Origin: a virus
Lineage: Duplodnaviria; Heunggongvirae; Uroviricota; Caudoviricetes
Length of the DNA stretch: 8,446 nt
Virus record (IMG/VR): IMGVR_UViG_2684622670_000004
Location: 1 to 8,446 of that record
Direction: 5' to 3' (one strand)
A model generated the notes under the pieces. The model was not told the DNA's origin and did not search any database. It saw nothing but the letters and a program-made list of their open reading frames with translations. A program made the translations under genes and the position numbers. Position 1 is the first letter of the stretch; every line of letters starts with the position of its first letter. Shown here one piece after another: positions 1-6,894 of this stretch.

Positions 1-57
1 TGCACTCCATGTGTTAGCCGTGCTCAACAGGGGGATCTTTTCACCGCTTGTGCCAAG

Positions 58-83
58 TTCTCTTAAACCAAGGTTTAGGATTG
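58..83. other. Candidate cix/gix/hix-type crossover site of a DNA-inversion system (TTCTCTTAAACC-AA-GGTTTAGGATTG)
   Basis: Two imperfect inverted 12-bp half-sites (8/12 complementary) flank a central AA dinucleotide. From memory it fits the hix/gix pattern TTC..T.AAACC.AGGTTT.GGAT (about 19/26 identical to gixL as I recall it). It overlaps the stop codon (75-77) of the adjacent invertase gene. No partner site is present in the window. Confidence 0.5.
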
Positions 84-635
84 AAATGATGACGCAGGAA
101 ACTTTTTATAAAGCGTGGAAACAGCAACATCATAGATGATTGCAACCTGCTTACGGGGGATGCCATTCTCCAGCAATCGACGCATTTGCTGCCATGTTTC
201 TTCCGGGTATTTAGGTCTGCGGCCTCCTATTCGACCTTCTGCGCGAGCTGCATCAAGTCCAGCGCGTGTACGTTCAACGATAAGCTCGCGTTCCATTTCT
301 GCCAGTGCCCCCATTACGTGAAAGAAAAAGCGCCCCATTGGTGTACTGGTGTCGATGGAGTCAGTGAGACTCCGGAAGTTAATTCCTCTGTCACGTAGCT
401 CTTCCACCAGCACAACCAAGTGACGCATGCTGCGCCCAAGGCGATCTAACTTCCATACGATCAGGGTGTCACCTCTGGAAAGCATACGCAAAACCTTTTT
501 TAGCCCTGGGCGTTCAGCCTTTTTGCCGCTCGCCTTATCCTCAAAAATTAGCTCACATCCTGCGCTTTCAAGAGCGTTTCGTTGTAAAGCAGTGTTTTGT
601 TCATTTGTTGATACGCGTACATAGCCTATTAGCAT
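75..635 (-). CDS. cin: Serine recombinase, Hin/Gin/Cin/Pin-family DNA invertase (186 aa)
   Basis: N-terminal catalytic motif GYVRVSTNEQ with the active-site serine. Conserved WKLDRLGRS, SLTDSIDTS, MGRFFFHVMGALAEMERELIVERT and GRIGGR motifs, plus a C-terminal HTH (GIPRKQVAIIYDVAVSTLYKK). The symbol cin is inferred from the P1-like neighbourhood; the family call is firm, the exact orthologue (cin, gin or pin) is not. Confidence 0.9.
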   Translation of the reverse strand: MLIGYVRVSTNEQNTALQRNALESAGCELIFEDKASGKKAERPGLKKVLRMLSRGDTLIVWKLDRLGRSMRHLVVLVEELRDRGINFRSLTDSIDTSTPMGRFFFHVMGALAEMERELIVERTRAGLDAARAEGRIGGRRPKYPEETWQQMRRLLENGIPRKQVAIIYDVAVSTLYKKFPASSFQS

Positions 636-763
636 ATTTTCTGCTCACTATCGTTATTTATAGCAAGCTGCGGATTTTAATTAACAAAAAACCAGTATGT
701 GTGGAAATCACAAAGTACATACCGTTTCCCAATGAGATTTAATTCACTATTGAGGAAATAGTT
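636..763. promoter_or_regulatory. Divergent intergenic control region between the invertase gene and the lysis/dar operon
   Basis: AT-rich 128-bp spacer between divergent genes. Minus strand: possible -35 TTGTTA (plus coords 681-686) and -10 TATAAAT (655-661) with a 19-nt spacer, upstream of the invertase ATG. Plus strand: strong SD GAGGAA at 752-757, 6 nt before the ATG at 764. No clear sigma70 -35/-10 pair for the rightward operon, which would fit an activator-dependent late promoter. Confidence 0.3.
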
Positions 764-1045
764 ATGTTTGATTTCACAATAATGCTCCTCTCCATCCTTG
801 GCGGGGTGCATTCGTTTCTGAATGGGGTTCGTGAAAAACGTTACGAAGCGTCATGCAGGCAATTGATGGCCGAGTGTATTGCTGCCGTACTTGCAGGCTT
901 TATAGGCATGTATTTCGCGGAATATAAGGGTATGGATGAAAGTCTTCAGAATTGCGTGACTATTATTTGCAGCATCAATAACAGGCTCATTCTTGAAAAG
1001 TTACAAAGGATTATCGATTCGTACCTCAGTAGAAATGCCTCTTAA
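764..1045 (+). CDS. Small two-TM membrane protein, holin-like paralog of the downstream LydA-like gene (93 aa)
   Basis: ORF with a good SD. Two hydrophobic segments (FTIMLLSILGGVHSFLNGV and CIAAVLAGFIGMYFA). Clear paralogy to the next ORF (SILGGVHSFLNGVREKR vs SVIGGIGTFLMDVRDGRQ; VTIICSINN vs VTIASNN). Confidence 0.75.
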   Translation: MFDFTIMLLSILGGVHSFLNGVREKRYEASCRQLMAECIAAVLAGFIGMYFAEYKGMDESLQNCVTIICSINNRLILEKLQRIIDSYLSRNAS

Positions 1046-1086
1046 GCAACAAATGACCGGTTGAGAAGTTACTTTGCATACCATTA

Positions 1087-1106
1087 CCTCCTGACAACGT
1101 AGGAGG
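1087..1106 (+). promoter_or_regulatory. Possible SD-sequestering hairpin ahead of the LydA-like gene (CCTCCT-8 nt loop-AGGAGG)
   Basis: A 6-bp perfect stem in which the 3' arm is the AGGAGG Shine-Dalgarno of the GTG-initiated ORF at 1113. Could modulate holin translation. Seen only as sequence complementarity. Confidence 0.3.
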
Positions 1107-1112
1107 GAACTT

Positions 1113-1442
1113 GTGCTTGACACACAGGAATTAGCTCCAGTTGCTATTGCGCTCCTGCTTTCAGTAATTGGTGGGATAGGCACGTTCCTGATGGATGTCC
1201 GAGACGGTCGCCAGTCTGGCAATTTGTTGGGATTGGTTACGGAGATCTGTGTTGCAGTGACAGCTGGCGCGGTGGCGTACCTATTGGGGCAACATGAGGG
1301 CTGGGAGTTATCAATTACGTACTTAATGGTAACGATAGCCAGCAATAACGGTCATGAGGTGATTTCAGGGATGAAACGAGTGAATATCGATAGCATTCTG
1401 AATGTTCTTACAAGTTTGGTGAAAAAGGGAGGCGGGAAATGA
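1113..1442 (+). CDS. lydA: Holin, LydA-like (109 aa, GTG start)
   Basis: GTG start 6 nt after GGAGGG. Two to three predicted TM segments (LAPVAIALLLSVIGGIGTFLM, LLGLVTEICVAVTAGAVAYLLG). Its position immediately upstream of lydB-like/hdf/darA matches the P1 lysis-dar operon as I remember it. The stop overlaps the next start (ATGA). Confidence 0.75.
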   Translation: MLDTQELAPVAIALLLSVIGGIGTFLMDVRDGRQSGNLLGLVTEICVAVTAGAVAYLLGQHEGWELSITYLMVTIASNNGHEVISGMKRVNIDSILNVLTSLVKKGGGK

Positions 1443-1882
1443 TTGGCTGGGGTGTATGCGCTCTTGCGGCAGCCTTAGCTGATCGCTATTTGCTAAAACG
1501 CAAGGACATCACGAATTTAGAGCTTGGTGATGTGGAAATTAAACCGGGATTTATCCGGGTGCCGTTCAAATATCGGTCTAAATTCCCGTTTTTGCGCGGT
1601 GCAACGGTCAGATATTGGATCCGTGATGTTCAGAAGCCGACGACAGTGATTGAAGGCGAACAACGTTGCCTGACGTCGGCTGAACAGGGCGAAAACAGTG
1701 AATGGTTGTACATACCCACTGAATATATGGGTAAAGGAGAACGACTGTGGCATTTCAACGTCATGGTTACGCACGGCGACTCGTTCATTAACCCGTTGTA
1801 TCGGATTTTCCCTGTTACTCAGCAAATCCGCAGAAGTTACGTAATAAATCTCGCACAGGATGTGTCAGATGACGAAAAATAA
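1439..1882 (+). CDS. lydB: LydB-like holin antagonist / lysis regulator (147 aa)
   Basis: Start coupled to the lydA stop (ATGA overlap), with a GGGAGG SD. N-terminal hydrophobic segment (MIGWGVCALAAALA). Size and position match P1 LydB as recalled. Function inferred from synteny only. Confidence 0.65.
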   Translation: MIGWGVCALAAALADRYLLKRKDITNLELGDVEIKPGFIRVPFKYRSKFPFLRGATVRYWIRDVQKPTTVIEGEQRCLTSAEQGENSEWLYIPTEYMGKGERLWHFNVMVTHGDSFINPLYRIFPVTQQIRRSYVINLAQDVSDDEK

Positions 1883-2471
1883 GTATGCAACGGTCGATTT
1901 TGGCCAGGTTAATGAAAAGGGGCTGAAATCCCTTATCGCGGCGATCAATAAAACCGGTGTTACGGTAATTGAGGTTGACTCCAGCAACCGCGCAACAACG
2001 AAAGATGGCGTTAAAGTTAAAACCGCAAAGCTGGTTCTTAACGACGGACAAATTCTTGCCATACAGGTAAACGATACTGGTGATATATCGTCTGTGAAAC
2101 TGAATGGAAAAGCTATTCCTAATGCTCAATCGCCAGATATCAAGACGCTTGGTACCGTCATGGGGCAAGCGGCCCACAAAAACGCTGCAAAATTCCAGAA
2201 ATCACTGATCGCCAAAGCTAAACGTGTTGCCAATCCGGTAGACAAGAAACCGGCAGTTAAATCCAACTTTCAGCGCCTGCAAGAGGCAAAACAGCGGAAT
2301 GCTCAGGTGGTTGCCGCTTATAAATCCGCGCAGAACTCGGTGTCTTTCAATCAACAGCAGATCACTGATTTGCGGGCGAAGCTGGATAAGGAGACAGGTC
2401 GACTCAATAACGAAAAGGCCAGGAATGGCGAACTCAAACGCCGTCTTAAGCAACTGAAAGCAGGAAATTAA
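1860..2471 (+). CDS. hdf: Hdf, homolog of DarA fragment (203 aa; alternative start at 1869 gives 200 aa)
   Basis: Shares alignable blocks with the N-terminal third of the downstream 639-aa protein (LNDGQ-ILAIQ vs LSDGQ-TISIL; HKNAAKFQK vs EKNSAKFQR). C-terminal coiled-coil-like basic tail. The ATG at 1869 sits 9 nt after AGGA and is the more likely start. Confidence 0.75.
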   Translation: MCQMTKNKYATVDFGQVNEKGLKSLIAAINKTGVTVIEVDSSNRATTKDGVKVKTAKLVLNDGQILAIQVNDTGDISSVKLNGKAIPNAQSPDIKTLGTVMGQAAHKNAAKFQKSLIAKAKRVANPVDKKPAVKSNFQRLQEAKQRNAQVVAAYKSAQNSVSFNQQQITDLRAKLDKETGRLNNEKARNGELKRRLKQLKAGN

Positions 2472-2472
2472 C

Positions 2473-4392
2473 ATGGAACAGTTCAATATCAATAAAGGGG
2501 TGACGATTAAGCCGGGGCTTGACGTGCTTCCCCCGCCGGTGACTGATGATGAATATCGCGCATTAATGGCCGGTGAGGACCGCTATCTGATGACGGAATC
2601 CAACACCATGGAGGAAATCGAGGCTACGTTCTTCTATGACACGCCGATCCACTGGTGTACTACGGATTTACTGGAGGCGATTAGTTCTACTCGTTTGCAG
2701 TTACACCGGACCATGCAGGCATTTGTCCGGGCATTGAACCAGAAGCTTAATGGTACCGGAATCTCTGCGGGGAGTGATAAAACGGGGGATGTGGCCCAGA
2801 GCGGCACGCGAGCGATCGGCGGTGCTGAAATTGGCCGGGCACGTAACGTTAACGGGCTGCCGGTCCTGCCAGCCATTATTCCGCTCAGTGATGGTCAGAC
2901 TATCAGCATTCTGTTTCATAGCCTGACAGCGGAAAACCGGATCACCAATAGCGATACGCTGGTTGCTTTCCAGTTCTTACTGAATAAAAAAGACGTTACT
3001 CACACCGTTGCTCCGATGAGTGGACGTGATATGACGCTGGCACAGGTCACCATGAAACTTGCCAACCTTGCAGAGAAAAACTCGGCAAAATTCCAGCGTG
3101 CGCAGAAGAAGAAAAAAGCTCTTGTTGATGAAATAACCCAACTACAGGCTGACAGTGACCAGAAAGAGGATGCCATGAGCGACCTCGCGGATCAGGTGGC
3201 AGCGGTAGAAGGGCTGAAGGCAGATCTGGAGCAGAAAATTAACGCTGTTGCATCGGAAGCGGATTCTCTTTATGAAGAGAATGAGCGTTTGCAGACGGAG
3301 ATTGATCAGCTCAATCGCACAGGTGGGCGCGATACCATTGCTCCAGCGGGGATGACTGGTGGGCACTCGCGCGCGCTGACGGATCGCCTTGCCAGTATCA
3401 AAAATCGTATGCATATGAACGGGGAAGTGACGCTCAGTAATGGTGCATCAATGAAGCAATTCATTGAGGACGGCGAAGGGTATATCCAGTTAACCGATTC
3501 GGATGGCAGCGTGTACATGATCAAGGCTAAATCCATACAGGGTGTGGACATGGCAGATGCGATCGGCAAGCTGTTTAAAGCCTATAAAGCGGGTAATGTA
3601 TCGGAATATCTGGTCCAGCCAGAAGAACATAAACCAGAAAACGTCGAACCTGAACCAGCGGAGGATACCGGTAGCTCTTCGCCTGAACCAGAAGTCTCTG
3701 TAGGTGCATATCGATATGCCCTGCAAATGCGTCCGGCAGCCCCTGGCGCAATACCTGAAGGTAACAAAGCGATTCTGCCGCGCCCAGATGAAGGTGACCC
3801 GTATTATGAATATGCACGCTACGGCATTGCTACTTACGATACCCCGCTTTCTGATCAGCAAATGAGTGAGTACGACCTGAAGTTATTGCCTCGCGAGGAT
3901 TCTTTCGACTTCCTGGCGAAGACACTTACTAATGGTCCGTTTGGCAAATATGCACAAAAAGCTCTGGAGCTGGCCACCAGCTCACCAGACGAGTTCCGCG
4001 TAATGCTGAAAACTCAGTTTCAAAAAACTTTCCCCAATATTGCGTTTCCTGGGGGCGCAGGCACCGAGAAAATGGTGCAGAGCATGATCAATGCATTGCA
4101 GGCCGAAGTCGGTGAGATTACTCAACCAGAACCGGCCCCGGAACCGGCTGATGAAAAGGTTAGCGAAGCAGATGCAGAGGCTAATAAAGCCATTGAATAT
4201 CTCAATAACGTGATGGATATGCAAAGCACTGACATGGCGGAGATCCGCAACGCCAGGGGCAATGTCAGGGAAGCGATTGCTGCCCTTCAGGCTGCCGGAC
4301 GTTTTGATGAAAACGAAGAGCTGGTTAACGGCGCAGCTCGCCACCTGGCTGATCTGCTGGTAGCAATCCAGAAAGCGGGAGTAGCGGCATGA
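2473..4392 (+). CDS. darA: DarA-like capsid-internal anti-restriction / head morphogenesis protein (639 aa)
   Basis: ORF begins 1 nt after the hdf stop, with an AGGAAA SD. 639 aa matches my memory of P1 DarA. Has the internal Hdf-homologous segment, a central coiled-coil (KKKKALVDEITQLQ...EENERLQTEIDQLNR) and Pro/Glu-rich linkers (PENVEPEPAEDTGSSSPEPE; QPEPAPEPADEK). Confidence 0.8.
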   Translation: MEQFNINKGVTIKPGLDVLPPPVTDDEYRALMAGEDRYLMTESNTMEEIEATFFYDTPIHWCTTDLLEAISSTRLQLHRTMQAFVRALNQKLNGTGISAGSDKTGDVAQSGTRAIGGAEIGRARNVNGLPVLPAIIPLSDGQTISILFHSLTAENRITNSDTLVAFQFLLNKKDVTHTVAPMSGRDMTLAQVTMKLANLAEKNSAKFQRAQKKKKALVDEITQLQADSDQKEDAMSDLADQVAAVEGLKADLEQKINAVASEADSLYEENERLQTEIDQLNRTGGRDTIAPAGMTGGHSRALTDRLASIKNRMHMNGEVTLSNGASMKQFIEDGEGYIQLTDSDGSVYMIKAKSIQGVDMADAIGKLFKAYKAGNVSEYLVQPEEHKPENVEPEPAEDTGSSSPEPEVSVGAYRYALQMRPAAPGAIPEGNKAILPRPDEGDPYYEYARYGIATYDTPLSDQQMSEYDLKLLPREDSFDFLAKTLTNGPFGKYAQKALELATSSPDEFRVMLKTQFQKTFPNIAFPGGAGTEKMVQSMINALQAEVGEITQPEPAPEPADEKVSEADAEANKAIEYLNNVMDMQSTDMAEIRNARGNVREAIAALQAAGRFDENEELVNGAARHLADLLVAIQKAGVAA

Positions 4393-4754
4393 CACTATCA
4401 GCTATTGAGTTAATGGACCTCAGCGATAAGTTGGATGCTCTGATGTCCAAAGCTGCTACCGCGAGTGGCATGGAGTTGCTGGATATCAGCGATGAAATTG
4501 ACCAGATCATGCAACAGATGGGGTACGGCGCGTCCGGCGGCGGTAATGGCGAGGAAAAACAACCTTCGGTACATGATGGTATACCAAAACTGGTTGCTGA
4601 TTTCCTGGCTGATAAATTCGTCGATCAGAGCACCGATGCATTTATCGGTACGTTGCAGGACTTAAGTCAATATGTTGGCACATACATCGACCTGGACCAG
4701 GTTAAACAGCACACGGCGGTATGGATAGCCGCCAACATTAAAGAGGCAGCATAA
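4389..4754 (+). CDS. ddrA: DdrA-like small acidic protein downstream of darA (121 aa)
   Basis: Start overlaps the darA stop (ATGA), with a GGGAG SD. Acidic, with a Gly-rich loop (GYGASGGGNGEE). Position and size fit P1 ddrA as recalled. Confidence 0.65.
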   Translation: MTLSAIELMDLSDKLDALMSKAATASGMELLDISDEIDQIMQQMGYGASGGGNGEEKQPSVHDGIPKLVADFLADKFVDQSTDAFIGTLQDLSQYVGTYIDLDQVKQHTAVWIAANIKEAA

Positions 4755-4766
4755 GGCGTAACAGGG

Positions 4767-6455
4767 ATGAGTTTAAACGATCAGATAGTTATGACCACCA
4801 GCAGCGGATACAACGGTGTTGCGCCATATACCAGCTTGTTATTACATCGGGCATCCGGCATCAAAGATATTATTCACCTGATCCGGCTGCTTTCCCGCAC
4901 AGATCCCCAGGATGAACAGCTGGTACAAGTGCTTGCGCATTTTGTCCGAATCCCTGTTGCAGACGTGAAAAAATGGTGTCGATTATTCGGTATCAGCAAT
5001 TCGTTACTTCGCGGATTGTTAAATCACGCATCCTCCCTTGGGCGAGACGGCTTTGATGAGATAGCGCAGGCGATAAAAAACGGAGATATGCCACCAGCTA
5101 TTGACTGGTTTTCCATTCGCCCAACCAGGGTGAAAGCATTCCTTAGCGCGGCGCAATCAGCATCACCATTGGCAGAAATGGTTCAGAGGTTGTCGCTCAT
5201 ATTCACAGATCATACCGCGTTTGGTGATCTGGCTCTGGACGAGATGAAAGAAGCCGCCATTCAGTGGGCCGATCAACAAAATGAGGTTAACTCTGACTTC
5301 TTGCCAGCATTCAGGAAGGCCGTTAGTAAAGCGGATGATGCCCGTGGAATTATGAAGGCATTTAAGGCATTGCAAAGTCGGGTTAATAAACATGCCGGTG
5401 ATATCGATGGGGTAACGGCGGAAGGCCGGGATATCCTGAAAGAGCACGGCATAACGCCAGAATTTATTGATGAGATCAGGACGGATATGCAGCGTGAGGT
5501 CGTATCGTCTCTGCAAATCGTAGCCAGGGCGTTGGCGGATGCTAATCCGAAGAGTGCGGCCATTGTTAACCGGGTTATTGGTGATATTGAAGCATCTGAG
5601 GGCATGGGGGCACTGAAACTCTTCCTTTCGCGAGCGTTTAATCCTAACGGCAATATTCTTCCCGGCATTATTGGTGAGGCTAAAAAGTATGTCAGTGAAG
5701 AAGAACTTGAGCAGCTTGACCAACTACTTAAGCGATTCTCATATAACCCGCAGACACGCTGGCAAATGAATCAGCGAGGTATGGGTTTGGTCCACGAGAA
5801 AGTGTTATCTGCCATGAACAGTGCGATCGCAAACTCATCTGTATCTGAAGAAAAAGCTCTTGAGTGGGCCGACTCTTTTATCACGGAAGAAGTGGAAGAA
5901 GCCCGCGCTGGACAGAATGGTGGGATAGACCTGCGCAAGGAACTTGCTGATATTTATCGCCTGAGCGGCGGGAAAATATCGACCTTATCAAAGGTAGTTC
6001 ACCACCAGGGAAGGGCATATGCAAATCTAAATGGTGTTGTTGCTGTCAATTTGAACGATGAAAATGCAAGTGCACTGTGGCACGAGCTGGGTCATCATCT
6101 TGAGTACAGTAACCCTGGTTTGTTAGAGAAAGCCCGGTCATTCCTGAAGGCCAATGTTGAAGGGGATAAACCATCTTTCGTTAATATCGGTGGGCGTGGC
6201 AAGCCTGAATGGTGCTTCAGATCTCAATTGAGTAATATTTATATGGCGAAGGTATACCCGCCAGTCTCAGTAAGTAACACCGGGAAAATTCGGCAGAAAT
6301 CACCGACTATTTCCAAAACGTCAGCAACGGAAGTATTCTCTATGGCTCTTCAGTTGTATCATGACAAAGAGGCCGCTGCCGCATCACTGATGAATGGTGA
6401 CGGATTGCTGGAACTGTTATTAGGTGTGGCAAAGGAGCTAAATAATGCAGATTAA
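4767..6455 (+). CDS. HExxH-motif putative zinc metallopeptidase in the ddrB position of the dar operon (562 aa)
   Basis: Long ORF with operon-consistent codon usage. Near the C-terminus is WHELGHHLEY (HExxH zincin signature) with downstream Glu candidates (LLEKARSF; NVEGD) for the third ligand. I do not recognise the N-terminal two-thirds. I cannot confirm orthology to P1 DdrB from memory. Confidence 0.7.
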   Translation: MSLNDQIVMTTSSGYNGVAPYTSLLLHRASGIKDIIHLIRLLSRTDPQDEQLVQVLAHFVRIPVADVKKWCRLFGISNSLLRGLLNHASSLGRDGFDEIAQAIKNGDMPPAIDWFSIRPTRVKAFLSAAQSASPLAEMVQRLSLIFTDHTAFGDLALDEMKEAAIQWADQQNEVNSDFLPAFRKAVSKADDARGIMKAFKALQSRVNKHAGDIDGVTAEGRDILKEHGITPEFIDEIRTDMQREVVSSLQIVARALADANPKSAAIVNRVIGDIEASEGMGALKLFLSRAFNPNGNILPGIIGEAKKYVSEEELEQLDQLLKRFSYNPQTRWQMNQRGMGLVHEKVLSAMNSAIANSSVSEEKALEWADSFITEEVEEARAGQNGGIDLRKELADIYRLSGGKISTLSKVVHHQGRAYANLNGVVAVNLNDENASALWHELGHHLEYSNPGLLEKARSFLKANVEGDKPSFVNIGGRGKPEWCFRSQLSNIYMAKVYPPVSVSNTGKIRQKSPTISKTSATEVFSMALQLYHDKEAAAASLMNGDGLLELLLGVAKELNNAD

Positions 6456-6765
6456 AATCGCAGCGCCATTAGGCGGAGATGCCATTATCGAATTTGATGA
6501 TAATGAAGAAGTTTCCGGGCGTTTAAGCATTATCTCCGGTGACATTACCGAGGACATGATCGCTGAAGCCATAGCTGGGGCAAATCCCAATAGCTATATG
6601 GGATTCGTTAACACCCTTGATGCTCCCGCAAGTGATGTTCTCCGAACGCTGCATCTTTACGCTGGCTGGTTTGTTGATTGGCCAGCAGTAGATGGTGGCG
6701 ATGAGGATGATGATGACGATGAAGAGGGTTTTAGTGATGAAACAGTCAACCAACTCTTGTATTGA
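6445..6765 (+). CDS. Hyperacidic small protein, possible DNA-mimic-type anti-restriction factor (106 aa)
   Basis: AAGGAG SD 8 nt before the ATG. Overlaps the preceding stop by 11 nt. About 27 Asp/Glu against 3 Lys/Arg, with a C-terminal DGGDEDDDDDEEGFSDE tract. Last gene of the operon. Confidence 0.7.
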   Translation: MQIKIAAPLGGDAIIEFDDNEEVSGRLSIISGDITEDMIAEAIAGANPNSYMGFVNTLDAPASDVLRTLHLYAGWFVDWPAVDGGDEDDDDDEEGFSDETVNQLLY

Positions 6766-6894
6766 CAGGAATTGGCATAGAATTGATTGTTCAAATTTCA
6801 TCCATCACATAGACGACTTCATGTTATTTGCCTGATAATTATGGCCTTAATAACCCATGTATATCTTTTGGGTTATATTCTTATCTTTAACAAG

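Noticed and set aside
136-624. Three plus-strand ORFs (136-321, 186-398, 427-624) predicted inside the invertase gene
   Set aside because: They lie antisense to a strongly conserved serine-recombinase ORF, have no SD, and give low-complexity Arg/Ser/Cys-rich translations. They are shadow ORFs.
1001-2492. Minus-strand ORFs 1001-1345, 1517-1825, 1815-2177, 1865-2062 and 2202-2492 overlapping the lysis and hdf genes
   Set aside because: All are antisense to better-supported, translationally coupled plus-strand genes, and none has a convincing ribosome-binding site.
2634-4510. Multiple minus-strand and out-of-frame ORFs inside darA and ddrA (for example 3490-3861, 3982-4395, 4465-4665)
   Set aside because: They are embedded in the long DarA-like ORF, which has internal paralogy to Hdf and coherent coiled-coil and linker architecture. 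They are antisense artefacts.
5163-5723. Minus-strand ORFs of 186 aa and 131 aa antisense to the 562-aa gene
   Set aside because: Fully contained in the larger sense ORF, with no SD. Treated as shadow ORFs.
6523-6801. 92-aa minus-strand ORF overlapping the hyperacidic gene
   Set aside because: Antisense to a gene with a strong SD and a distinctive acidic composition. It starts in the AT-rich spacer without an SD.
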